DNA of 64,000 nt, from positions 2,666,001 through 2,730,000 of the forward strand of contig CATNEN010000002.1 in NCBI GenBank assembly GCA_950097015.1, read 5' to 3'. The notes under the pieces were generated by a model that made no database searches, was not told where the DNA came from, and saw only the letters and a program-made list of their open reading frames with translations. Origin of the DNA: Macrostomum hystrix (taxonomy: Eukaryota > Animalia > Platyhelminthes). The position numbers and the translations under genes are program-made. Positions 11,760 to 23,782 of the stretch are shown here, piece after piece (within the stretch, counting starts at the first letter, position 1; every line of letters begins with the position of its first letter).

Positions 11760-12640
11760 TTGACCACGCATATGTTCCCGAACGCTGCGGAATGTCTCCT
11801 CAGCTGCACTGGGAAGCTGGCCGGGCTCACCTCCTGCTTCCGGCTCATCTGTCTCCTCAGCTGCACTGGGAAGCTGCATGGCCGGGCTCACCTCCTGCTT
11901 CCGGCTCATCTGTCTCCTCAGCTGCACTGGGAAGCTGGCCGGGCTCACCTCCTGCTTCCGGCTCATCTGTCTCCTCAGCTGCACTGGGAAGCTGCATGGC
12001 CGGGCTCACCTCCTGCTTCCGGCTCATCTGTCTCCTCAGCTGCACTGGGAAGCTGGCCGGGCTCACCTCCTGCTTCCGGCTCATCTGTCTCCTCAGCTGC
12101 ACTGGGAAGCTGGCCAGGCTCACCTCCTGCTTCCGGCTCATCTGTCTCCTCAGCTGCACTGGGAAGCTGGCCAAACTGGCGTTCTTCAACGAGCGCAACA
12201 ACTGCCTGCATGCACCCCGCTCAAGCCGGCTTCCAAGAACATCGCGGACGGCTTCGAGGCGAAGAAGCCGGCGAACCGGACCGCTACTATGCTCGCGAAC
12301 TTCTCCAGAGCGTATGACCGCCGCCTGTGGATATACGCCCAGATCGCCAAGCTCAGATGCAAGGGCGTGCCAGTCTGCATCCTCTACTGGGTCCAGGGTC
12401 TTCTGACGCACCGTAGCACCTATGTCCGCTCCGCTGGTGCCGCGCGACGGGAAGAATCCTGATTTTCGCTGACGGGACTCATCAGGGATCGATTCTGCCG
12501 AAGCCGCCGCGGCCAACGTTGTTCGAGCAGGCGCTCCGGCAACGCCAGAAAACGCCTCTTTGCCACGCTAGCCCACCGCCCCAGACACTCTTGATGGCTC
12601 AGGGAACGCAAGACTACCACCTTGTCGGAGGACGCCTGCC
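11760..12640 (+). mobile_element. Decayed LINE reverse transcriptase fragment
   Basis: FRLICLLSCTGKLA (cf. YRPISLLS..GKL), ANFSRAYD (cf. DFSKAFD), LLTHRSTYVR, GTHQGSILP (cf. GVPQGS). Frameshifted. Confidence 0.8.
11790..12175 (+). repeat. 57/61-bp tandem repeat, about 7 copies, inside the RT fragment
   Basis: Unit ctcctcagctgcactgggaagctg(catg)gccgggctcacctcctgcttccggctcatctgt. Confidence 0.92.
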
Positions 12641-12677
12641 TCACGGATAGTGTAGGGGATTAGAGATTGACATTGTT

Positions 12678-13920
12678 TGGGATCACAGATGACAGTATTA
12701 GGGATCACAGATGACAGTATTAGGGATCACAGATGACAGTATTGGGGATCACAGATGACAGTATTGGGGATCACAGATGACAGTATTGGGGATCACAGAT
12801 GACAGTATTCGGGATCACAGATGACAGTATTAGGGATCACAGATGACAGTATTAGGGATCACAGATGACAGTATTGGGGATCACAGATGACAGTATTCGG
12901 GATCACAGATGACAGTATTAGGGATCACAGATGACAGTATTAGGGATCACAGATGACAGTATTAGGGATCACAGATGACAGTATTAGGGATCACAGATGA
13001 CAGTATTAGGGATCACAGATGACATTGTTTTGAATCAGGGATGACAGCGTTGGGATCAAAAACGACAGTTTGGGATCAGGGATGATAGTGTTTGGGATTT
13101 AGGATGACTGTATTAGGGATCACAGATGACATTGTTTTGGATCAGGGATGACAGTTTGGGATCAGGGATGACAGTATTGGGGATCAGGGATGACTGCAGT
13201 ATTGGGGATCAGGGATGACAGTATTCGGGATCGTGTCAAATGACATTGTTTTGGATCACACATGACATTGTTTTGGATCACACATGACATTGTTTCGGAT
13301 CACAGATGACATTGTTTTGGATCACACATGACATTGTTTCGGATCACAGATGACATTGTTTTGGATCACACATGACATTGTTTTGGATCACACATGACAT
13401 TGTTTTGGATCACACATGACATTGTTTTGGATCACACATGACATTGTTTTGGATCACACATGACATTGTTTTGGATCACACATGACATTGTTTTGTATCA
13501 CAGATGACATTGTTTTGAATCACACATGACATTGTTTTGAATCAGGGATTACATTCTCTTGGATCAGGGATGACAGCGTTTGGGATCAGAAACGACAGTT
13601 TGAGATCAGGGCTGACAGTATTGAGGATGGATCAGGGATGATAGTGTTTGGGATTTAGGACGACTGTATTAGGGATCAGGGATGACAGTATTCGGGATCA
13701 TAGATGAGAGTATTGGAAGTCACAGTTGACATTATTTTGGATCAGGGATGGCAGTGTTTGGGATCAGGGATGACAGTTTGGGATCACAGATAACAGTATT
13801 CGGGATCACAGATGACAGTATTCGGGATCACAGATGACAGTATTCGGGATCACAGATGACATTGTTTTGAATCAGGAATGACAGCGTTTGAGATTTAGGA
13901 TGAAAGTATTTGGGATCAGG
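12678..13920 (+). repeat. 22-bp minisatellite complex (gggatcacagatgacagtatt(a/g/c) and ttttggatcacacatgacattg variants)
   Basis: Two related 22-bp subfamilies with degenerate flanks. Confidence 0.92.
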
Positions 13921-13942
13921 GATTATTTTCTCGGAGATCAGG

Positions 13943-14012
13943 GGGTGAGTTGCAGAATGGTGTAACGCGTTTGCCTCTCGCACCAAGGTCTCTGAGCTCG
14001 ATTCCGTAGCTC
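13943..14012 (+). mobile_element. tRNA-derived SINE head (copy A)
   Basis: A-box-like tggtgtaacg and B-box-like gagctcgattcc. Core acgcgtttgcctctcgcaccaaggtc.ctgagctcgattccg is shared with copies at 50309, 55560 and 58271. Confidence 0.75.
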
Positions 14013-14039
14013 ATTGAGTAGGTTGGGACTGTTGGTTTC

Positions 14040-15612
14040 AGTAGGCTGAGAATTATATTTGAGTAGGCTGGGACAATTTACATGAGTAGGCGAAGGCTCT
14101 TTATTTGAGTAGGCTGAGACACTTTACATGAGTAGGCGAAGGCTCTTTATTTGAGTAGGCTGGAACAGTTTACATGAGTAGGCGAAGGCTCTTTATTTGA
14201 GTAGGCTGGGACAGTTTACATGAGTAGGCGAAGGCTCTTTATTTGAGTAGGCTGGAACAGTTTACATGAGTAGGCGAAGGCTCTTTATTTGAGTAGGCTG
14301 GGACACTTTACATGAGTAGGCGAAGGCTCTTTATTTGAGTAGGCTGGGACACTTTACATGAGTAGGCGAAGGCTCTTTATTTGAGTAGGCTGGGACACTT
14401 TACATGAGTAGGCGAAGCCTCTTTATTTGAGTAGGCTGGGACACTTTACATGAGTAGGCGAAGGCTCTTTATTTGAGTAGGCTGGGACACTTTACATGAG
14501 TAGGCGAAGGCTCTTTATTTGAGTAGGCTGGGACACTTTACATGAGTAGGCGAAGGCTCTTTATTTGAGTAGGCTGGGACACTTTACATGAGTAGGCGAA
14601 GGCTCTTTATTTGAGTAGGCTGGGACACTTTACATGAGTAGGCGAAGGCTCTTTATTTGAGTAGGCTGGGACACTTTACATGAGTAGGCGAAGGCTCTTT
14701 ATTTGAGTAGGCTGGGACACTTTACATGAGTAGGCGAAGGCTCTTTATTTGAGTAGGCTGGGACACTTTACATGAGTAGGCGAAGGCTCTTTATTTGAGT
14801 AGGCTGGGACACTTTACATGAGTAGGCGAAGGCTCTTTATTTGAGTAGGCTGGGACACTTTACATGAGTAGGCTGAGGCTCTTTATTTGAGTAGGCTGGG
14901 ACACTTTACATGAGTAGGCGAAGGCTCTTTATTTGAGTAGGCTGGGACACTTTACATGAGTAGGCGAAGGCTCTTTATTTGAGTAGGCTGGGACACTTTA
15001 CATGAGTAGGCGAAGGCTCTTTATTTGAGTAGGCTGGGACACTTTACATGAGTAGGCGAAGGCTCTTTATTTGAGTAGGCTGGGACACTTTACATGAGTA
15101 GGCGAAGGCTCTTTATTTGAGTAGGCTGGGACACTTTACATGAGTAGGCGAAGGCTCTTTATTTGAGTAGGCTGGGACACTTTACATGAGTAGGCGAAGG
15201 CTCTTTATTTGAGTAGGCTGGGACACTTTACATGAGTAGGCGAAGGCTCTTTATTTGAGTAGGCTGGGACACTTTACATGAGTAGGCGAAGGCTCTTTAT
15301 TTGAGTAGGCTGGGACACTTTACATGAGTAGGCGAAGGCTCTTTATTTGAGTAGGCTGGGACACTTTACATGAGTAGGCGAAGGCTCTTTATTTGAGTAG
15401 GCTGGGACACTTTACATGAGTAGGCGAAGGCTCTTTATTTGAGTAGGCTGGGACACTTTACATGAGTAGGCGAAGGCTCTTTATTTGAGTAGGCTGGGAC
15501 ACTTTACATGAGTAGGCGAAGGCTCTTTATTTGAGTAGGCTGGGACAGTTTACATGAGTAGGCGAAGGCTCTTTATTTGAGTAGGCTGGGACACTTTACA
15601 TGAGTAGGCTGA
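14040..15612 (+). repeat. 46-bp minisatellite, about 33 copies (dimer of tgagtaggc-led subunits)
   Basis: gagtaggctgggacactttacatgagtaggcgaaggctctttattt, highly homogeneous. Confidence 0.97.
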
Positions 15613-16334
15613 GGCCTGGCGGTCGGGCGCACCCTGAAGCTCAGTAAAGTTTGTCAGGCTGCGTCTAACTCTCTAGCTGAAAGACAACTGACTCAAAATT
15701 ATATTTCAGTGAACATTAAATTTCAAGTTTAATAATAATCTGGTACCCGTATTCGAATGGACAAAAAAACTGTCACGCAGCTGGAGTTCGGGTAAAAGGC
15801 GGCATTCCTTACCTCAGCAGAAATTGAGTTCTGAGTCGAATTGTAAACACTCACAGAAGTCAGTTTGTGACTCAATCAGGCAGAGCACACATGTAAAAGT
15901 CGGCATTCCTTGCCTTCAATTTCTGTTTATCAAAGAAGGCATTAAGTATGGGTGAAAGTTTTTAGTAAGCAAATTTCCTTGCATAGGTTAAGCAAATAAT
16001 CAAGCAACCGAGCAACTTAGTGAAACCTTTTCGAAGCATTTTTTTGGAAGCAGGAAAACCTGTCCGGGACAAATGCTGGCCAGTTCTACTCAACACTCTC
16101 GTGTCGGATAAGACAAACAAACAGGCCGTGTGCTTTAGTCGGTTTTTAGCTGCGATGCTGAACAAATTTTAAAAGAATCAAAAACGTCTTCGGGTACAGT
16201 TTGAGAGGAGAGGGGTGGGCGCGAGGAGGGAGAATATTCCTCGCGGCCGGTAGAGCAGGCAAGGTATGGTCTTGAGGTGGGTGGGCGAATTTTGATGGCA
16301 TCTTAGCGCGGCGTTTCAGGAAAATAAGGCTGAC

Positions 16335-17000
16335 CCTTCGATAATTTATGCTTTCCCGTTGATAATTCATGCTTTCCCGTTGATAATTCATGCTTTCCCG
16401 TTGAGAATTCATGCTTTCCCGTTGATAATTCATGCTTTCCCGTTGATAATTCATGCTTTCCCGTTGAGAATTCATGCTTTCCCGTTGATAATTCATGCTT
16501 TCCCGTTGATAATTCATGCTTTCCTGTTGATAATTCATGCCTTCCCGTTGATAATTCATGCTTTCCTGTTGATAATTCATGCTTTCCCGTTGATAATTCA
16601 TGCTGTCCCTCGATATATCAAGCTAACCCCTCGAAAATTTGACCCTTTCCAAATTCTTTACATAACATTTTTTTATCTAGACATCTTGCGGTATAAACCT
16701 CAATTTTCATGCTATCCATCAAAGTAGTGCTATCCAATGTATATTTTTTCTATTTAGTTGCAAATACGCTTCAGAACATTGTACTCGCAAGGCATTTGCA
16801 AGGCTAACACAGGTAGCAAGGTGTCGAGGGGGAAGGATGAATTGTCGAGGGGAAGCATTACTTGTCGAGGGGGGGTAGCATGACTTATCAACGGTGAGCA
16901 TGATTTATTGAAGGGTGGCATAAATTATCGAGGAGTGATTTTGGAGTAGCGAATGAGTGGCATGAATTATAGAGAGGTAGCATGTTTCATCGAAAGGGTA
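16335..17000. repeat. 21-bp array (ttgataattcatgctttcccg) plus inverted degenerate copies; foldback-like
   Basis: About 13 direct copies at 16340-16610. Reverse-complement variants (gagggggggtagcatgacttatca, gtggcatgaattat, ggtagcatg) lie at 16830-16990. Confidence 0.75.
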
Positions 17001-17077
17001 TACTTTATTTTTATTGACATATTGAAAAAATATTTTGTAAATTGCACAGATTATACTTTTATATTTCTCAATTTTAG

Positions 17078-17392
17078 TCAGACCTCTCCTCCTCCTTTCC
17101 TCCTCTCCTCTCCTTTCCTCCTCTCCTCCTCCTTTCCTCCTCTCCTCTCCTTTCCTCCTCTCCTCCTCCTTTCCTCCTCTCCTCTCCTTTCCTCCTCTCC
17201 TCCTCCTTTCCTCCTCTCCTCTCCTTTCCTCCTCTCCTCCTCCTTTCCTCCTCTCCTCTCCTTTCCTCCTCTCCTCCTCCTTTCCTCCTCTCCTCTCCTT
17301 TCCTCCTCTCCTCCTCCTTTCCTCCTCTCCTCCTCCTTTCCTCCTCTCCTCTCCTTTCCTCCTCTCCTCCTCCTTTCCTCCTCTCCTCTCCT
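17078..17392 (+). repeat. Pure polypyrimidine (TCC/CT) minisatellite
   Basis: Only C and T over about 310 bp. Confidence 0.95.
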
Positions 17393-20227
17393 ATCACTGA
17401 AAACTGCAGTCAATATATCGTGACATATTTTTTCAAGTTTGTGATGCGCCTCAACGTTAAGCGTGGCTCATCTTGATTCACGAACGGAAGACTAAAGAGA
17501 AGCGAAGCAAAGCGACTGTCGCCGTTTTGCACCAGATTACCCGAATTGGACGTGGATGGTACCAAAAGACGTAAAACACCTAGGCCTATTAAATGCATAT
17601 CGTTTTGTTGCCGTGGCAACGTTAAAGCGTTGTGGCGCCACAATATGGTATCGCCAAGCGACCGGCGCCAGAGGATACGGGCATCCAAGACCTAAATTAT
17701 ACTTGGAATACCAGTTTTTTGTTTCTAATCTTCTGGGTCATAATTGCAAAAAACTGCTTGTTTTTCAAAGCCTGAAAAGTAAGAATTTTTTTCAAAGTCG
17801 AAAATTAAGCGGCTTAGAGGGCGCTTGATTGACAATGGGACACCTGGGGCTAACTTTAAAGCGGACTTTAATTTCCCATCGTCCAGTTTTACTGGTACAC
17901 CTATACGTTACCTGTACATGATTACTAATATGCCATTTTAACTAGTTTTTAAGGTATTGTAATAAAATGAATGTCCTAGCTGGAGCGTGAGGAATTTAAA
18001 GCTAGCGACTATTCACTATTCACCGGGGTCGGTGTCCTACCAATCGTTTCAATAGCAGCAGGGAATCTGGAATTAAATAGCGTTAGAGACTGGTAGCGAG
18101 CGAAGTGGAATAGATAAGCGAGGAGACCCGTGTGTCGTCCTCCGGCCCGGCGAAACTCCCAATGAAAAAGAATAACACAGTATGAACGCGAAGACTCGAA
18201 TAAATTGATTAGGAGTGAGCTAATCGGCTGTGACTAAGATTCCAGATACGAATAGGAATTACTTTGAATATCGTTTACTTGACTTCAAAGTTATACTGAC
18301 AGAATAGATGTTCACACGGAAATAAATTATAGCGCGCTCACAGTGAGAAGCAAGTCTGGTCTAACAATTTGGATATAACAATTTTTACTTAACTGGCCTA
18401 CATCCGCGCCCTACACTTCCCGAGAGGCTCCGGTTGTCTCTGCTTTCAGCGCTGCCCCGACAGATCCTATCGGTTGGCACTCCTTCTGCCTGACGGCGGA
18501 GTCTCCGAAGAGAGCACGTACTGACTTCGACAACAAGCGCCTATCTAGACCACCCTTGTCAGCGGCGCACTCTCAAGACGCGTAGCGCCGAAAGCTACCT
18601 AACTGAACAAGCGGAGCGTGGTCGGGCGGGGAGGGACAAAACAAGTGGACTAGTTGCACGTGCTTCTCACAGTGTGAGGCGAATTGCGGAGAACGATAAT
18701 TTGCACGTGCTTCTCACAGTGTGAGGCGAATTGCGAAGAAAAAGAGAGAAAGATAATTTGGACTACAAAAACATGCTTCGTTATATAGAGTCATTTTAAC
18801 CCCAAATTAGGTCGATCGGCGAGGTGGATGCCTGGCTGTAGCTTGATCCAAGGCGACAAATCACAGTAGACTTGCGACCGCCGTTCTAAGCCCCGGGGTC
18901 GCTTCTTGCCGAGGGTAGACAGGTAGTGAGGCCGGGTCGCTCGCTGATTGGCCGGGACCGTAGCCCAGGGGTAGCGCTCGCGGGGTGGTGGGCGTCCGTT
19001 CCCCCAGCTGGTCCGGCCCGGCTTGGCGTGGATGAACTCTTAGCAAAATACACGTGTCTAAAAATAAGTACTGAATAATAACACGGGCAAACAAGCTGAC
19101 ACTACACTATAAGCGTTTTTCTGGGTGTCTACATGAGTTGTGGCATCGAAAGTTAAGTTCTACACGGGCACGGCTTTGCCGTAGGCACCTAAACCCGGAA
19201 GACGTGATTTTTTGCAATTTTCGCTCATTTTCGCCCTACATAGGTGCAAGCATTTACGAGTTTTTATTTTTGCCTAAAGTGCGACCAAATTACCTATCAC
19301 CCCAATTTATAAGCATACAATATGTGTATCTCGGATAGCGCCATAAATATCTTAGAATATTTATAGGTGAAAATATGATATATTTCGACACCAAAAAGTC
19401 ATGTAAAAGTGATGACATTTTGGCTTAAAGCTTTTGAGCACATTAACGCATTCGAGAATTGCTGAAAGGACTGAAATTTAGTTTTTTACGGTGAGAAGGC
19501 AAACATTTAAATTCAAATTTTATCAGACGTAAAACAAATTTTGTTAGTTTCGGCTGCGAGAGACACAATTCAGACTACTGACAACAGTAGAAAAGCAAAG
19601 ACTTGGCTGCAAAACTCTCACACAACACTAAAAAGTATCGCCATAAAAATGGCAAGGTTAAAATATACTTCTGTGCACTGCGTGTTCTTCTGGGAGAGGA
19701 CTGCGTGCGGCTATGGCTGACTGACGAGGGCAAACAAGCCAGAAACCGACCTCGGTCTGCCAGCGCGAGGTTCCTTCTCCCTTTTTAGTGTGTTACATCG
19801 GCCTTGTAGTTTTACTTTCGTGATTCTTTTTCGCGCCGCTTTTACTTCTTTGTAACTTTAATGTAACTCAATTGTTTTTCGTTAGATGGAAATATTAGAA
19901 CTACCACAACCGTTTTCTAAATGTGTCCAACATGCAGTTACCAATTTTCTAAATGCGTGTAAAAGTTTTTAATGCGTTGAACAATTTATAAAGGTGTCTA
20001 ACATCTTTCTAAGGTTACCTGTTGAGAGGCCTTGGTTGATTGTTGGGGAGGGGGGAGAATTGAGTTTCTGCTAAAAGAGAAAATTTTTCTTTGCTGATGG
20101 GAGACATTATAGTTGCCTGCTTAGGGACATTCATTACCTGCTGAGGGACATTGTTTATCTGCTGAGGGACATTGATTACCTGCTGAGGGACTTTAATTAC
20201 CATTCTTATTTTAATAAAAAACAATGG

Positions 20228-20675
20228 AAAAGTCGTCTGCGCGCCGACCTGGAGCTGAACAGTGTTCCGGAAGACCTCGGTGTTCTCGACGGGGTGGGTA
20301 CTCACCAGCAGGGCCTCGGTGGAAGTCATGCTGCGGGCATCAGGTCTCTACCGCGTCCAGCGCCTGTTGCATGTTCCCCGCCGCCGCCGCCGCAGCGCCC
20401 GCCGACGTCTTGATGGACAGCAGGTCATCGGCATACTCCAGCGGCTTGAGAGCGGGGCGGCAGACTGAATGGTGGCTTGCATGAGGGTGCAGGTCGCGAT
20501 TTTGAACAGCAGCGGGGACAACGGACTGCCTTGCGGGACTCCTCCTTCAGGATCCTCGGGCGGCTCATCCTATCCACCCAGCGCACTCGGGCTCTCCGGT
20601 CCGCCAGAAACGCGCAGTGTTTCGCATCTTCCCGCCAGCGTCGCGTAGGTAGGCCAGTCCGCCCGCCGCAGGTTG
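20228..20675 (-). mobile_element. Decayed LINE reverse transcriptase fragment
   Basis: Minus translation contains FLADRRARVRW, GVPQGSPLSPLLF and LEYADDL (RT catalytic YADD), with frameshifts and a stop. Confidence 0.85.
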
Positions 20676-23600
20676 AACAAAATAGAACAGAACAGAATTT
20701 GCACAGAAAATAAGCCTCTAAATGTCTAGCAGTGTTAGGAATTAATCTTTTTGTGTGAAGATACCTCACAGTTTTTTATTAAACGTTGTGCGCGGGTATC
20801 TAACTGTGTTCTGCCTAGATATCTATCAATTCTGAGCCTAAATATCAATTGATTCTGAGCATAGATTTATACTCGTACGAGCTATAATCAATACTGAGCC
20901 AAGATATCTCTCGATTGTAAGCCTATATGTATAAAAGACGAAGCCTAGATATATTTATATCCATTAATTCTATGCCTAGTTGCGTGTCAATGCTGTCGAT
21001 CTTGATGTATCAGTATATGATGCCCCGAAACCGTACCCAGAAATTTGACAATATTGTGCCGATATTATTAATTCAGTGCTTTGCTCTGCTAAAAAATAGT
21101 TACGTAAACTTAATATCGGTTAAGTTAAGTTAAGTTAAGTTAACTGATTAACTAACTGTGAGGTTATTTCGCCAACTGACCAATGAGGCGGCCTCAAACC
21201 TTGGTCACTTCGTCAACTGCCAGTAAGACCACCCTTAACTGTTGGTCACTTCGTCAACTCGGCAGTTGACGAAATGATCAGCACCCCACATTTCGCAGTG
21301 AATTTTTTATCCGTGCGCTCTAATCCGAGCCTAACAAACCTGGCTCTGATGCAATCATTAAAATTGGCACTGCAGCCCTCACGCGCAAGCTGAGAAGAAT
21401 GAATTACACTATAAAAGCCTATTAAAAGTAGTTTTTTCTGAATATTTAATTTCCTTAGCAATGGGGTTAAGCTTGATACAAAATCATGGACCACTTGGAG
21501 TAGGCTCCTTATGGGCTTATGCCGGGTTAAGTCGTTATCGGGTTAAGCCGTTAAAGAGTTAGTCAATTGCAAACAAACAAACTAACGAGCAAGATTTACA
21601 TTTTTAGTACATTTGAAAAAAAAATGTTATTAATACTCTGTGTTTGATATTAATTTACGCGTTAAGCACATTCTGAGACTGATAAATTTAAGATTTGTAA
21701 GTGTTAATGAAATATATTTTTTACTATCTAATTATTTCTTACTGTGCATAGCCAACATAATTGTTAATTAACTAGAAAATCATGCCGCAATTGCATTTCA
21801 CAAATCATAACAGTCTTGCTGTAGTCAAAGGCTATATCAGCAACATCGCGAAGCTTTGCATGTTTGTATTAGTAGCAATGTAGCATAGCTGATCTAATTT
21901 GAATATGAATCACGATTTCCAATACCTAAGCCTATGTACTAAGCAATTAAGCCTTAAAATAATTAAGCCTGACTAACTATTTCTAAGATGTTTTAGGGCC
22001 TATATTCTGTCATTTTTATTGTCCAATGTAGCATATATATGTTTCTAGATTAAATGAAGATGTAAACTGTATTATATTGAATTATAAGTCTATGCCATGT
22101 TTAGACACCATTATTAAAAATGTACAATGGCCTATGAAAAAATGATGTATTATAAATATTAGAAATATGAACTTTTCTTTCAAATTGTCAATTGTCATAC
22201 ATAGGCCTATAGGACCCTTAACATATAACAGAATCATGATCCAAACTATAACAGGTTAGTAGCTTGATTTTTCAATCCAAAATTTTATTGTATAATATTG
22301 CTTGAATATTTTAATTATTAAATATTTTTGGGATATTGTTTAATAGTAGTACTTTGCCTTAGCTAGGCCTACCAATACAGCTACATGAGGTAGCGGATAT
22401 AGTGCTTTTTAGATAAATGTGATAGGCCTAGATATGAAATGTTTATAATAACTTCTGTTTCCCGTATCTACTCTCTGTATCCTGAGTTCTCAAATACAGT
22501 TTGCACTGAAGTGAGTAAAATGAAAAGTGCAGAGATATTAGTGACAACAAGAAAAAAAAATATATATAATGAGAAAGAATCACAAAAATTCTAATTAAAC
22601 TATAGCCCCTAAACTAAAGACTTCAATGCTACATATATGGTTATACTTATAGTGATATGTAGGTGGCTATTACATATAAAAACCTTATGAGGGCTGATGA
22701 CAGAGGATAGGCCCTATGTAAAAACACTCAACAGACTGCCTAATAATTCCCTTTAGAAATATTAAATGACATGCAGATTATGGGAAATGTTTCTTATAAT
22801 CTATTGACTCTAAGTAGTGCAAAAATAAACAAGATATCACATGGTTTAGACTTTAGACTGCTGAAAATCGAAACTCTCAATTTCCTGCTATGTCATTGGC
22901 GACTTGCTATGTCAATGCCAACAAGAAAATATTGGATATTTTGACATGGATACAAATAAAGGAAAATTTGGTTATGGCAGAACTCTATTTAATGGTGAAC
23001 AATACGTAAGTTTTTTCAAATTAAAGTTAGATAATCTTTTAGTGAACCAAATAGAGGTTCATTAACTTTATTTGACTCCTGAGCACACAAACACATGTGT
23101 ATAGGTACAAGCTTCTGCCTTGTCTTTCATAGCCAAGCTATGTGACTACATTATTGTTCCTACTTTAGGCTAGCTGGTTAGGATGTGAATGAAATCAGTA
23201 TTAACTCTATAAGCCATGTCTTTCATAAGTAAATTTGGCTTTTATATTGCATTAAGCATTATAAGGATTAAGCTCAGAGACCTTGGCATGTTAGCACCTA
23301 GGCAAAATGTATTTACTTGTTTACCATTCACCTCATTGAGTCCTTTGTAGACAGTTAATTTATAATTCAAAGTGTGTATATCATATATAATCTAAAAATA
23401 TGTTTAATTTAGGTATTAAAAATATACTTCTTTAAAATAGTTTTTCCTTTTTAGGACTTTTAAAAGTTTTGTTTTTAGAAATTTAGAAGATATATCTATT
23501 AATGATTTTGTCATTCTGATCTATGTTGTCTTCATAGTCATCAAAATGTATTAACAGTTTTGACAAGTGCCTTCAAAAAGCAGGGTGCCTATTTGGCACT

Positions 23601-23782
23601 GAGGTTCCATTTCTGAGGTCCCAAATTTCGGTGAGCCATAGCACACATTGGGCTCAATAACCCAGTATAAAGTAAACCACAACTCAATGTTTGTTATCTA
23701 TATATGAAGGCAAAATAAATAGCTTTAGTTTTATGTTTTAAATAACCAAATTTTACATGTGTTCCAATGTTTATTTACAGCA

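Noticed and set aside
13943-14012. tRNA genes at the four A/B-box heads
   Set aside because: I could not fold a convincing cloverleaf, and the shared non-tRNA body plus dispersed copies indicate a SINE.
14040-15612. CRISPR-like appearance of the 46-bp and 39/40-bp (61520-61975) arrays
   Set aside because: Head-to-tail units with no unique spacers, no cas genes, eukaryotic context.
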